From positions 1 to 49,432 of the forward strand of contig JAKPTO010000003.1 of the NCBI GenBank assembly GCA_029555085.1: a DNA stretch of 49,432 nucleotides, in the 5' to 3' direction. The notes beneath the pieces are model-generated. The model was not told the origin of the DNA and did not search any database. It worked only from the letters and a program-made list of their open reading frames with translations. The DNA comes from a bacterium (GTDB lineage: Bacteria; Patescibacteriota; Patescibacteriia; UBA1558; S5-K13). This document shows, in pieces, positions 39,135-48,239 of the stretch. The translations under genes were made by a program, and so were the position numbers. Numbering within the stretch: the first letter of the stretch is position 1; every line of letters begins with the position of its first letter.

Positions 39135-41078
39135 TCAAGGCAAAACTTCGTTTTGCCTATCTTCAAGATACCATAATAAAATATCTCTAGCAAGTGGAAC
39201 AGCAACACTACTACCCTCTCCACCACCCTCTATTATAATTGTAATAACTATTTCTGGATTTTCATATGGCGCATAACCAGTAAACCAAGCGTGTGTTTTC
39301 CCCTCGTTGCCAAATTGCGCTGTTCCTGTTTTACCAGCTGTTGCAAAAGGAAGAGTATTTAAAAATCTAGAACTACCAGAAATAACCCCCTCTCTCATAC
39401 CATCCTGAACTATCGCAATATTTTCTTTACTAATAAAATTGGAATTTTTTATATTTATCGGCATTTTATTTACTGCGCCAGTATTTTCAACTATTGAATC
39501 AACTATCTTTGGCTCGTACAAAATACCACCATTTGCAATTACACTTGTCATCATTGCTACTTGAAGTGGTGTAACAAGCGCATCTCCCTGTCCAATACTT
39601 AAATGATATGTATCTCCTATATACCACGCCTCATTTTTTGTTTCTTTTTTCCACTTTTCTGTTGGTAAAAACCCATCAGCCTCAGATGGTAAATCAACTC
39701 CAAGTTTCTCCGATAAACCAAATTTTTTTCCATATTCTACTATTTTTTCAAGTCCAAGTCCTTGAAAATCATTATTACCACCACCAACAATATAAAAAAA
39801 TGTATTAACTGATTCTGCAATGGCCTTTTTTACATTGGTAATTCCGTGACCTCCAGATTTCCAATCAGGAAAAAACCATTGTCCAAATCTAATGCCACCA
39901 GTACTCAAAAAGCTAGTTTTTGTATCAATTATTTTTTCTTGCAAACCAGCACAAGCAACTATTAACTTAAAAGTTGAACCAGGGGGATACTCCCCTGAAA
40001 TTGCCCTGAAAAACATTGGAAAATTTTCATCCTCTACAAGTTGTTTATATTTCTCGTTATCTAATTTTTCAGAAAAAATATTATTATCATAAGAAGGTAA
40101 TGATAAAATAGACAAAATTCTTCCATTTCTCGGATCAACAGCTACAATACTTGCTTTCTTAAACCCGGTTTTATTTAAAACATTTGATAATAATTCATAA
40201 ATTTTTGTCTGCAAATCCCAATCAAGCGACAATACAAGATTTTTACCATCAATAGGTTTTTCATAGGCAACTTCCTTAATTTCCTGCCCCAATGAATTGA
40301 CTTCAATTTTTCTTTTTCCAAACTTACCACGTAAATAATTTTCATATGAATATTCTAGACCAGTTTGTCCTATTTTATCATCAAGATAATAATCACTATC
40401 TTTTAATTTTAAATATTCATTCTCTGAAATTTTACCCATATATCCTAAAATATGAGAAAGCATTTCCTTATAAATATATTCTCTCTTATTTTTTATAACA
40501 ACAGAAACTCCATTTAAATTTTTTATAGTCACCATCAACTTCATGGCATCATCATAATCTAGGGACTCTTTTATAATTCTCGGCTGAAAATTTTCAAGAG
40601 TATTATCCGAAACATATTTTGATAAATCCAACTCATTGTCCCTAAGAGCTTGTCTTAAAATATTTTGTACTTTTAAAAATTCATCATTATTCTCAGGAAG
40701 ATCTATTGGCACAATCTGTAAAGAAAAACTTGCCCCATTTTTTAAAAGTGGCTTTAAATTTTTATCATAAATAATCCCCCTATTTGGCTCAACTCTTTTT
40801 ATTCTAATTCTATTTTTATCTGCAAAAATTCTATAATCATCTCCTCTTATAACCTGTAAATAAAAAACTCTACCAAGAATCAATACCCATATACCAATCA
40901 TAAAAATAATCATTATTGAAAATCTATACTTATTTAATAAAACTCCTATGCTACTACCACCATCAAATGTATTTAAAAAATCCCCCATTTCTTTTTTGTG
41001 GGAATAGTCTTTTATTATAGAATTTTTTTTATCTGGTCTGGATTTTAAATCTAGATCAGATATTTCAAAATAATCCAT
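39135..41078 (-). CDS. mrdA: Penicillin-binding protein 2
   Basis: PGSTFK (SxxK), SVN (SxN) and KTGTAQ motifs; follows mreBCD. Confidence 0.95.
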   Translation of the reverse strand: MDYFEISDLDLKSRPDKKNSIIKDYSHKKEMGDFLNTFDGGSSIGVLLNKYRFSIMIIFMIGIWVLILGRVFYLQVIRGDDYRIFADKNRIRIKRVEPNRGIIYDKNLKPLLKNGASFSLQIVPIDLPENNDEFLKVQNILRQALRDNELDLSKYVSDNTLENFQPRIIKESLDYDDAMKLMVTIKNLNGVSVVIKNKREYIYKEMLSHILGYMGKISENEYLKLKDSDYYLDDKIGQTGLEYSYENYLRGKFGKRKIEVNSLGQEIKEVAYEKPIDGKNLVLSLDWDLQTKIYELLSNVLNKTGFKKASIVAVDPRNGRILSILSLPSYDNNIFSEKLDNEKYKQLVEDENFPMFFRAISGEYPPGSTFKLIVACAGLQEKIIDTKTSFLSTGGIRFGQWFFPDWKSGGHGITNVKKAIAESVNTFFYIVGGGNNDFQGLGLEKIVEYGKKFGLSEKLGVDLPSEADGFLPTEKWKKETKNEAWYIGDTYHLSIGQGDALVTPLQVAMMTSVIANGGILYEPKIVDSIVENTGAVNKMPINIKNSNFISKENIAIVQDGMREGVISGSSRFLNTLPFATAGKTGTAQFGNEGKTHAWFTGYAPYENPEIVITIIIEGGGEGSSVAVPLARDILLWYLEDRQNEVLP

Positions 41079-41079
41079 A

Positions 41080-41589
41080 TCATCCTATCGAAATAAATCT
41101 ATTTTTAGTTTTACGAGAGAATATATTAGTAAAAAAATAAAGTATAGAAGCAACAATTACATTAAAAAACATTCCTTCAAGCAACATAATCAGATGCTTT
41201 TTAAAATTTATATTATACATTCCCCAACCAAGACTCTTTATTAATATATTAAAAACTGGAAAAAGAATAAACAACAAAACAACTCCTATTAAATTCATCC
41301 AAACATAAGTAGAAAACCTATCATTAGGCAATAACTCCTTTTCTATATAATAAAGCGCTGTAAAAATTAATAAAAAAGAAAAAATATAAGCTCCAAAATT
41401 TATTGCAAAAAAATCTAAGATTAATCCACCCAAAAAAGCCATTAACAATGCGTCATTTGGTCCATAAAAAAATAGAATATAAATAAAAAATATAAGCGAA
41501 ATATTTAAATTAAAAATTCCAAAATCGAAACTAGATTGTATTATAGAAAAAATCAAACATAGGAAAATTATAAGAATTTTAAATCTCAT
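41080..41589 (-). CDS. mreD: Rod shape-determining protein MreD
   Basis: Highly hydrophobic, with GLILD motif; located between mreC and mrdA. Confidence 0.8.
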   Translation of the reverse strand: MRFKILIIFLCLIFSIIQSSFDFGIFNLNISLIFFIYILFFYGPNDALLMAFLGGLILDFFAINFGAYIFSFLLIFTALYYIEKELLPNDRFSTYVWMNLIGVVLLFILFPVFNILIKSLGWGMYNINFKKHLIMLLEGMFFNVIVASILYFFTNIFSRKTKNRFISIG

Positions 41590-42386
41590 TGAATTATCAT
41601 AACATTAACAAAGTTTAAAAAATTGATATCAAAAAATGGATATATAATAGCTGTTTTAAAATAATCTCCATCTGAAAAAGACAATTCTTTTATATGTCCA
41701 ATAACCAAACCTCTTGGGATATGCTCCTCAAAACCAGAGCTTATTATAATATCACCCTGTTTAACTTTAGAATCAAGCGGTATATAATGCATTTCCATTG
41801 CATTTGCTAAATTACCACTCAATATTCCCGAAATTTTTTCCTCTCCTAAAATTGAAACGCTAATTAAACTATTTCTATCAGATAAAAGCATTACATCTGA
41901 AAAATGATCGTCTGCTTTTAGTATTGTTCCTATTAGAACACCATTATATAAAACTGGTAAATCGTCAAAAACTCCATCTTCTTTTCCTATATTTATTCTT
42001 ACAATATTACCACTATCTAAATTAAATCCCGACACAACCTCTCCTGTTACAAATTTAAAATTCGAGCTCTTGACATAAGCTAATTCATTTTTCAATACCG
42101 CGTTCTCTTCTTTTAATTGCTCTAATTGAGCATAGTCAATTATTTTTTCAGATAACTGTTTATTTATATCCTCTATTTTATTTTTAATTTCCTTATAGTG
42201 AAAAACATAATAAAAATAAGAATCCATGCCTTGACTTAAATCATAAGAAGCTGATCTTGGTTTCTCCGTAATTCTAAAAAAAAAGTTTTTAATTGGGGAG
42301 AGTAATTTATTATAGTTAAGAATGATAAATAATACTGAGATTATTATAATCCATAAAAATAACTTTCTTTTTATTGGTTTTCTCAT
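41586..42386 (-). CDS. mreC: Rod shape-determining protein MreC
   Basis: LKEENAVLK coiled coil, INIGKEDGV and GDIIISSG...PRGLVIG motifs. Confidence 0.93.
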   Translation of the reverse strand: MRKPIKRKLFLWIIIISVLFIILNYNKLLSPIKNFFFRITEKPRSASYDLSQGMDSYFYYVFHYKEIKNKIEDINKQLSEKIIDYAQLEQLKEENAVLKNELAYVKSSNFKFVTGEVVSGFNLDSGNIVRINIGKEDGVFDDLPVLYNGVLIGTILKADDHFSDVMLLSDRNSLISVSILGEEKISGILSGNLANAMEMHYIPLDSKVKQGDIIISSGFEEHIPRGLVIGHIKELSFSDGDYFKTAIIYPFFDINFLNFVNVMIIQ

Positions 42387-42414
42387 ATATTTATTTTATA
42401 TCTTCAAAAAAATC

Positions 42415-43467
42415 CTATCTTTTTTTGTAGTCAGAAGTAGAAGGTAGTAGTAGGTCTTTTAAATTATCAAAATCTTCTAAAACTATCCCTATGCCTCTAG
42501 CAACAGTAGTCAATGAATCATCAGCTATCACAACCGGAATTAAAGTTTCTTCATATATGAGTTTATCTAAACCTCTTAATCCAGCACCGCCACCAGATAA
42601 AATCATACCTCTTTGATAAAGATCGGCAACAATTTCTGGAGGTGTTTGTTCTATAACATCTTTTATTGCAATGATTATGGAATCCACGGATCTTTTTATG
42701 GCGTCTCTTATTTCATCACTCTTTATTACTATTTCTTTCGGCAATCCATTCAATAAATTTCTACCTCTAATTTTTATTCTCAATCCTTTTTCAAGTGGTA
42801 AAACACTGCCTATTTTTATTTTTGCCTGTTCTGCAGATCTAGGACCGAGCAATATATTATATTTTTCCCTTATGTATTCAATTATATCATTGTCTAATTT
42901 TTCTCCGGCAATTTTTAATGATTTTGATGAAACTATTCCACCAAGCGAAATAACTGCAATTTCTGTTTTACCACCACCCATTTCAACAACCATACTACCA
43001 TTAGCTTCCTGTATTGGTAATCTAGCGCCTATTGAGGTGGCGATTGGTTGTTCAATAAGGTGCACTGCTCTAGCTCCTGCTGAAATTGCAACATCTTCTA
43101 CTGCTTTTCTTTCTACCTCTGTTATATCAAGTGGAACGCCGATTATTATTCTAGGACGAGGTGCGAAGGAAAATGATTCTTTATGGATTTTATCAACAAA
43201 ATATTTCATCATTTTTTCTGCAACTTCAAAATCAGAAATGATGCCATTTCTCAATGGCTGAACAGCTGAAATATGTTGAGGTGTTTTCCCTAGCATGCGC
43301 CTTGCTTCTTCACCAACTGATAAAATTTGATCTGTTCTTAAATTTATTGCAACAACAGATGGTTCATTTATTACAATGCCTTTGGTTTTTAAATAAACTA
43401 GAGTGTTTGATGTCCCCAGATCAACACCTATGCCTTTTGATAATTTTCCAAAAAAATTTTTCAACAT
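42415..43467 (-). CDS. mreB: Rod shape-determining protein MreB paralog 1
   Basis: DLGTSNT, EPSVVA, TEVERKAV and TPPEIVAD motifs; first gene of mreBCD. Confidence 0.96.
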   Translation of the reverse strand: MLKNFFGKLSKGIGVDLGTSNTLVYLKTKGIVINEPSVVAINLRTDQILSVGEEARRMLGKTPQHISAVQPLRNGIISDFEVAEKMMKYFVDKIHKESFSFAPRPRIIIGVPLDITEVERKAVEDVAISAGARAVHLIEQPIATSIGARLPIQEANGSMVVEMGGGKTEIAVISLGGIVSSKSLKIAGEKLDNDIIEYIREKYNILLGPRSAEQAKIKIGSVLPLEKGLRIKIRGRNLLNGLPKEIVIKSDEIRDAIKRSVDSIIIAIKDVIEQTPPEIVADLYQRGMILSGGGAGLRGLDKLIYEETLIPVVIADDSLTTVARGIGIVLEDFDNLKDLLLPSTSDYKKR

Positions 43468-43468
43468 A

Positions 43469-43708
43469 TTATTTAAAAAATTCTTTATTTAATAATTGCA
43501 AAGATTCTTTTTGTGATATTATTGTGCCTACTTTTTCATCTCTTTTTTTTACTTCAATCTTATCTCCCAATTTATCACTTAACACAAATCTATAATAAAT
43601 TCCAATTAAATCAGAGTCATTAAATTTCACTCCAGCATTTTCATTTCTATCATCATATAGTACTTCAATATTATTTTTTTGTAAAATGTCATAAAATTGA
43701 TAATTCAC
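43469..43708 (-). pseudogene. Stand-alone HGTP anticodon-binding domain of ProRS type (probable proS remnant)
   Basis: IEVLYDDRNENAGVKFNDSDLIGI is the ProRS C-terminal signature. GTG start with an in-frame stop two codons upstream; no catalytic domain. Confidence 0.7.
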
Positions 43709-43724
43709 TACTTAAGTATATAAT

Positions 43725-44024
43725 TCAAATATATTTTGACATTACATTCAATATTCTTTTAATTTCCTTATTTACATTTTCATCATCATAATCTCCACTA
43801 TGAGCAGTATGTCCCTTATAAGATGCTTTTTTCTGATCTAGATGCAAATCAAACTCATGCAAATCTTTATTTTTTTTAAAATATAAATGCCATCTAGGGT
43901 AGAATCCGATATTTGACAATCTTCTTATGTAACTATTCTCGTATCTTGGGTGCAAATGATAACCACAATCTCTCAAAATGGTATTTAAATTTTCTTTAAA
44001 TTCTGCTTTTACTTGAAATTTCAT
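43725..44024 (-). CDS. Hypothetical protein (99 aa)
   Basis: Abuts the rseP stop codon; protein-like motifs YPRWHLY, LHLDQK and AHSGDYD. Confidence 0.75.
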   Translation of the reverse strand: MKFQVKAEFKENLNTILRDCGYHLHPRYENSYIRRLSNIGFYPRWHLYFKKNKDLHEFDLHLDQKKASYKGHTAHSGDYDDENVNKEIKRILNVMSKYI

Positions 44025-45104
44025 TTATTTATGAAAAATATATTTTAAAACATCTTTATATGTAACTAAAACCATGAGTAGCATTAAAAGACCAAATCCA
44101 ATGTTATGAACAATTGCTTCAATTTTTTGATTATTTGGTTTTCTTCTGATTTTTTCAATTAGTAAAAATAAAAGTCTCCCGCCATCAAGAGCTGGAAAAG
44201 GGAATATATTTATAATGGCTAAATTTATTGATAAAAGCGCCGTAAAATTTAATAAGTACTCAAATCCCATTGCAATAGCATGTTTAGTAAAAACAGCAAC
44301 GCCGATTGGACCAGAAACATTTTCTGTTCCTCCGCCATGAAATAGTTCAGCAATGAAATTATAAAATGCCTGCACAATAACAATAGTTAAATTTATTCCA
44401 GCCTTAAACCCATAAAACAATGCCTTGTGTATAGGATAAGAAACAAGCCCAACATCAACCAGAGACACGCCAAAAACCTTACTATCTGTTACGCCGTCTA
44501 TACTCTCTGGCTTAATATTTACAGTTTTATTATTTCCTTCACTAATTAACAGTACCTCTATATCATTATCTTGATTATTCTGGATATAATCGATAGCATT
44601 TTTTGAATTATCAAAATTATTACCATCAAGAGATATTATATAATCTCCCAATTTAACGCCTGCTTTTTCTGCTGAAGAACCCGGATATATTTCTATAATC
44701 TGAATTTTTTTGTCCCTAATTTTAGCATCTGCTGAAACTCCATCAAGTGATGTTGGTATTCCTATAACAAACCCAATACCAAGAGCGACACATGCTAAAA
44801 CAAAATTCATAAAAACACCAGCAAAAAGAACTATTGCCCTTTTCCAAATTGGTTGATTTATAAAACTATCTGGATCGTTACTTTCTCCTGATTCACCTTT
44901 AATTTTTACAAACCCTCCTATTGGAATCAAATTTACTGAATACATTATTCCATTCTTTTTTATACCAAAAATTCGTGGAGGAAAACCAAAACCAAATTCC
45001 TCTACTCCAATACCGAGTTTTCTTGCTGTATAAAAATGCCCAAGTTCATGGACAAAAACTATTACACCTAAAATTAAAAAAAATATTACTAAAGTTAAAA
45101 TCAT
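44025..45104 (-). CDS. rseP: RIP metalloprotease RseP (M50)
   Basis: HELGH, PIGGFVKI, PDZ domain and NIFPFPALDGG motifs. Confidence 0.96.
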   Translation of the reverse strand: MILTLVIFFLILGVIVFVHELGHFYTARKLGIGVEEFGFGFPPRIFGIKKNGIMYSVNLIPIGGFVKIKGESGESNDPDSFINQPIWKRAIVLFAGVFMNFVLACVALGIGFVIGIPTSLDGVSADAKIRDKKIQIIEIYPGSSAEKAGVKLGDYIISLDGNNFDNSKNAIDYIQNNQDNDIEVLLISEGNNKTVNIKPESIDGVTDSKVFGVSLVDVGLVSYPIHKALFYGFKAGINLTIVIVQAFYNFIAELFHGGGTENVSGPIGVAVFTKHAIAMGFEYLLNFTALLSINLAIINIFPFPALDGGRLLFLLIEKIRRKPNNQKIEAIVHNIGFGLLMLLMVLVTYKDVLKYIFHK

Positions 45105-45195
45105 ATTATTATTTATAAAGTTAAAAAATTACAAAACATAAAACATTAAAAACAAATATTTTAAACTTTATGAATAAGCATCTTAAAACCTATTT

Positions 45196-45750
45196 TTAAA
45201 TTTTCATTATATCTTCTTCTTTTACTTTTGCTAAATCATCAATTTCTTGCGTTTTATCTCTTGTAAGTTTATCCAATTCTTCAATAAAAGAAAATTTTTC
45301 ATCTTGAGAAATTTCCTTATCTCTCTCTTGTCTTTCAATTTCTTTTTTAATTTTTTCCCTCAATTGTCTTAGTATAATTTTTGCATCCTCTTTTTTTTCA
45401 TTTAAAATTTTTATTATTTGTTTCCTTTTTTCTTCTGTTAATGCAGGAATTCTTGCTCTAATAGTGCTTCCCGCAACAGAAATACTCAAATCTAAATTCG
45501 CCTCAGATAATGCTTTTTCAATTTCTTTTATAATGCTTTTATCCCAAGGTTCTATTTGAAGCAACGATGCTTCGGGAACACCAATTGAAGCAACCTGTTT
45601 GAGTGGAGTTTTTACTCCGTAACATTCTACAAATACATCCTCTATCATAGATGAATGTGCTCTACCGGCTTTTAATTTATCCATCTCCTCGCGGAAATGT
45701 GAAATTGCCTTATTGTAATCTTCTAAAAATGATTCTATAAATTGTGACAT
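45196..45750 (-). CDS. frr: Ribosome recycling factor
   Basis: GRA, YG..TPLKQVASI, PWDKS and PALTEEKR motifs. Confidence 0.96.
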   Translation of the reverse strand: MSQFIESFLEDYNKAISHFREEMDKLKAGRAHSSMIEDVFVECYGVKTPLKQVASIGVPEASLLQIEPWDKSIIKEIEKALSEANLDLSISVAGSTIRARIPALTEEKRKQIIKILNEKKEDAKIILRQLREKIKKEIERQERDKEISQDEKFSFIEELDKLTRDKTQEIDDLAKVKEEDIMKI

Positions 45751-45796
45751 AAATATTTTTTTCGCAATAGCGAAATAAGTTAATTATTAATTATTA

Positions 45797-46867
45797 TTAA
45801 TTTGCTAATTTTACGGCCATAAAAATACTATTAACATTTGCATGATCAACTATCATATCAATCGGAATCTGATTGGTTGTTAATGTTTTAGCGGTCCAAG
45901 TATTGCCACCATCTAAACTTTTGTAAAATTTCTTATAAATTGTATAGTAAATTTCTTTAGGGTTATTTGGATTAGATGTTATGGAATAAATATCAACACT
46001 GCCTGGTTTTGAAAGAAGATTTAGAACATTCCAAGTATTACCACCATCCTGAGAATAAAAAATTCCATATTTGTTAGCATAAAAAAATGCGTCATCTTTT
46101 GATAAATCAAATTCAAAATCCTTGTATTCTTTTATACCAGCCAATTGTTTACCATCTCCTAAATTAATATTATCCGCTATATTTATCCAATCAACTCCTT
46201 CATTCTCTGATTTAAAAATTCCACTCCAAAATGTACACACATAAAGTATTCCTGGATTTTTATGATTCATTACTAATTTCGATACTGCAATATTATCAAA
46301 ACTTTTTATCATACTCCATCTACCACCAAAATCTTCACTTTTATACAACCTACCATCTCCGGTTATGGCGTATACTTTATTTGTATTTATGTGGTCAACT
46401 ACAACAGATCTAAAGTTTTGATTATTTGAATCAACATGAATTTCTCTCCAATTCCTTCCACAATCTTCTGATTTATAAATTCTTCTATTAACTGCTGAAT
46501 ACCAGGTACACCTATACTTACTATCTATTGAAACATCATACACCACGCCTTTATTGGATAATGTTTTTTGCCACCCAAGACCACCATCAAAAGAATATAA
46601 TAATCCATCCTGTAGCGTTCCTACATAAATTGCTTTTGGATCGTTTAAATCTTGCTTTATAAAAGTTGATTGTCCGCTTTTAAAAAACGATCTGTTTGGA
46701 CCAACATTCAAAAACTCTACTTTCTGTGTCCATGTTTCTCCCTTATCATAACTTATATACACCCCCGAATCATCACCAGTTTTTTTATTAGATCCAAGTT
46801 GTATTGAACATCCTGTTAAAACAAAACTTAAAACAATTATTAAAAAAATTTTTATTTTTGTATTCAT
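45797..46867 (-). CDS. Lipoprotein with BNR/Asp-box repeats (VPS10/YCF48-like beta-propeller)
   Basis: Lipobox VLTGC and seven SxDxGxxW-type repeats. Confidence 0.85.
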   Translation of the reverse strand: MNTKIKIFLIIVLSFVLTGCSIQLGSNKKTGDDSGVYISYDKGETWTQKVEFLNVGPNRSFFKSGQSTFIKQDLNDPKAIYVGTLQDGLLYSFDGGLGWQKTLSNKGVVYDVSIDSKYRCTWYSAVNRRIYKSEDCGRNWREIHVDSNNQNFRSVVVDHINTNKVYAITGDGRLYKSEDFGGRWSMIKSFDNIAVSKLVMNHKNPGILYVCTFWSGIFKSENEGVDWINIADNINLGDGKQLAGIKEYKDFEFDLSKDDAFFYANKYGIFYSQDGGNTWNVLNLLSKPGSVDIYSITSNPNNPKEIYYTIYKKFYKSLDGGNTWTAKTLTTNQIPIDMIVDHANVNSIFMAVKLAN

Positions 46868-46919
46868 AGGATTAGATTGATCAAGCTAGATTAAGCTAAA
46901 CTCAATCAGCTCGATTTAT

Positions 46920-47924
46920 TTATATTATTAATAAATTTTCAAAAATTAATTTTGGATTTATATTATTATAAATAATATTTCTTGATTTGTTTGCAAAATT
47001 ATAAAATTCCAAAAATTGTTCCATTTTATATTTATGTGCGATATCCCTTATTTTGTCTTGTAAAAAAACATGAATTAATTCAGCATGCTCATCTGTTTTT
47101 AAAACACATATATCTCTTCCTATCCTCATAAAATCAATCAATGTTTTTGATAGGATGTTATAAGAATCTGCACTTTTTGACTTATTAACTAATTTTTCAA
47201 CCCACTTAAATTTATCATTTATTGAACTATCGATTATCTCTACGGTATCATATAAATCTTGTTTTCTTCTCTCCCATTCCTTGGGATTTTTTAAATATGC
47301 TATTGCGACACCAGGAGCGCCTCCAGAAAATTTTGACAACTCAAAACTTAAATTTTTGTCAGCACCATTATTTAATAAATAATCATAAATTTCTTTTTGT
47401 TTAACGCCTCCAAAAATAATATTCTGAGAACGAGATTTAATTGTTGGTAAAATTTTATCAACATCCTGTGCTATCAAAATTACAAATGAATTTTTTGGTG
47501 GCTCTTCTATTATTTTTAAAAGTGCATTTGATGACTCTTGACTGAGTCTATCCGCACCATTTATTATACCAACTTTAAATTGTGAACGCATTGGCGTTAA
47601 AGAAAATTTTTCCCTAAAATCCCTAACTTGATCTATTCCTATATCTCTTTTATTTTCCAAAAGAGACACTTGTATTAAATCTGGATGTATTCCGTTTTTT
47701 AACTCCAAACAATCACCGCACTTATTACATGGAATACTCTCTTGATCTTTGCAAAATATAGACTGAATAAAATATTTTGCAATTGTTTTTTTACCCACAT
47801 CCTCTGGTCCGGAAAAAAGATAAGTATTTAAAAAATTTTTCGTTTTTAAAATTTTTTGTAAATGTTTTATTATATTTTCATGACCTAAAACATTCCAATT
47901 ATACAAAAATTTATCTTCCTTCAT
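46920..47924 (-). CDS. holB: DNA polymerase III delta' subunit
   Basis: YLFSGPEDVGKKT, C..PCNKCGDC zinc module, HPD, NALLKIIEEPP and TIKSR motifs. Start uncertain (47924 or 47951). Confidence 0.92.
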   Translation of the reverse strand: MKEDKFLYNWNVLGHENIIKHLQKILKTKNFLNTYLFSGPEDVGKKTIAKYFIQSIFCKDQESIPCNKCGDCLELKNGIHPDLIQVSLLENKRDIGIDQVRDFREKFSLTPMRSQFKVGIINGADRLSQESSNALLKIIEEPPKNSFVILIAQDVDKILPTIKSRSQNIIFGGVKQKEIYDYLLNNGADKNLSFELSKFSGGAPGVAIAYLKNPKEWERRKQDLYDTVEIIDSSINDKFKWVEKLVNKSKSADSYNILSKTLIDFMRIGRDICVLKTDEHAELIHVFLQDKIRDIAHKYKMEQFLEFYNFANKSRNIIYNNINPKLIFENLLII

Positions 47925-48005
47925 GTAGCTTAGAAGTTTTATGTTTAACAAATTAAGAATATCAAATTTTTAAGGTTTTTTCAATGTAAAAAATAATATA
48001 AAAAG

Positions 48006-48050
48006 TTATCCACAGCCTACTCTTGACAAATTTTACAGATATGATATACT
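48006..48050 (+). promoter_or_regulatory. Perfect DnaA box next to a sigma70 promoter
   Basis: TTATCCACA at 48006-48014; TTGACA 48023-48028, 16-nt spacer, TG-extended TATACT 48045-48050. Confidence 0.7.
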
Positions 48051-48106
48051 CATCAATCAACATTAAGAATGCAATTTGAAAATTTATAAATATTTTGGAT
48101 CTGTAA

Positions 48107-48218
48107 AGGGCAGAATTATGCAGAAGAAAAGCGATAAATTAGCTATAAAAGAGCAAAAATATATAAAATGGCTCTATTTATAAAAGCGAACTATCTTTCT
48201 TCTACATAATTCTGCCCT
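48107..48218. repeat. Long rod-like inverted repeat
   Basis: AGGGCAGAATTATGCAGAAGAAA (48107-48129) pairs with 48196-48218 at 22/23 positions; inner arms TATAAA-AGAGC/GCTCT-ATTTATA. Confidence 0.8.
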
Positions 48219-48239
48219 ATAAAAGGGTAAATAAGTAAA

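Noticed and set aside
46868-46919. Short degenerate repeats (TCAAGCTAGA/TTAAGCTAAA) and similar 7-8-nt repeats at ~16090 and ~17465
   Set aside because: Only 2-3 imperfect units each; treated as low-complexity intergenic filler.
2961-47404. Numerous short + strand ORFs in the track overlapping minus-strand genes (e.g. 2961-3251, 11552-11929, 13040-13348, 29203-29622, 42671-43261)
   Set aside because: They are antisense shadows of well-supported genes, with no recognisable motifs or start signals.
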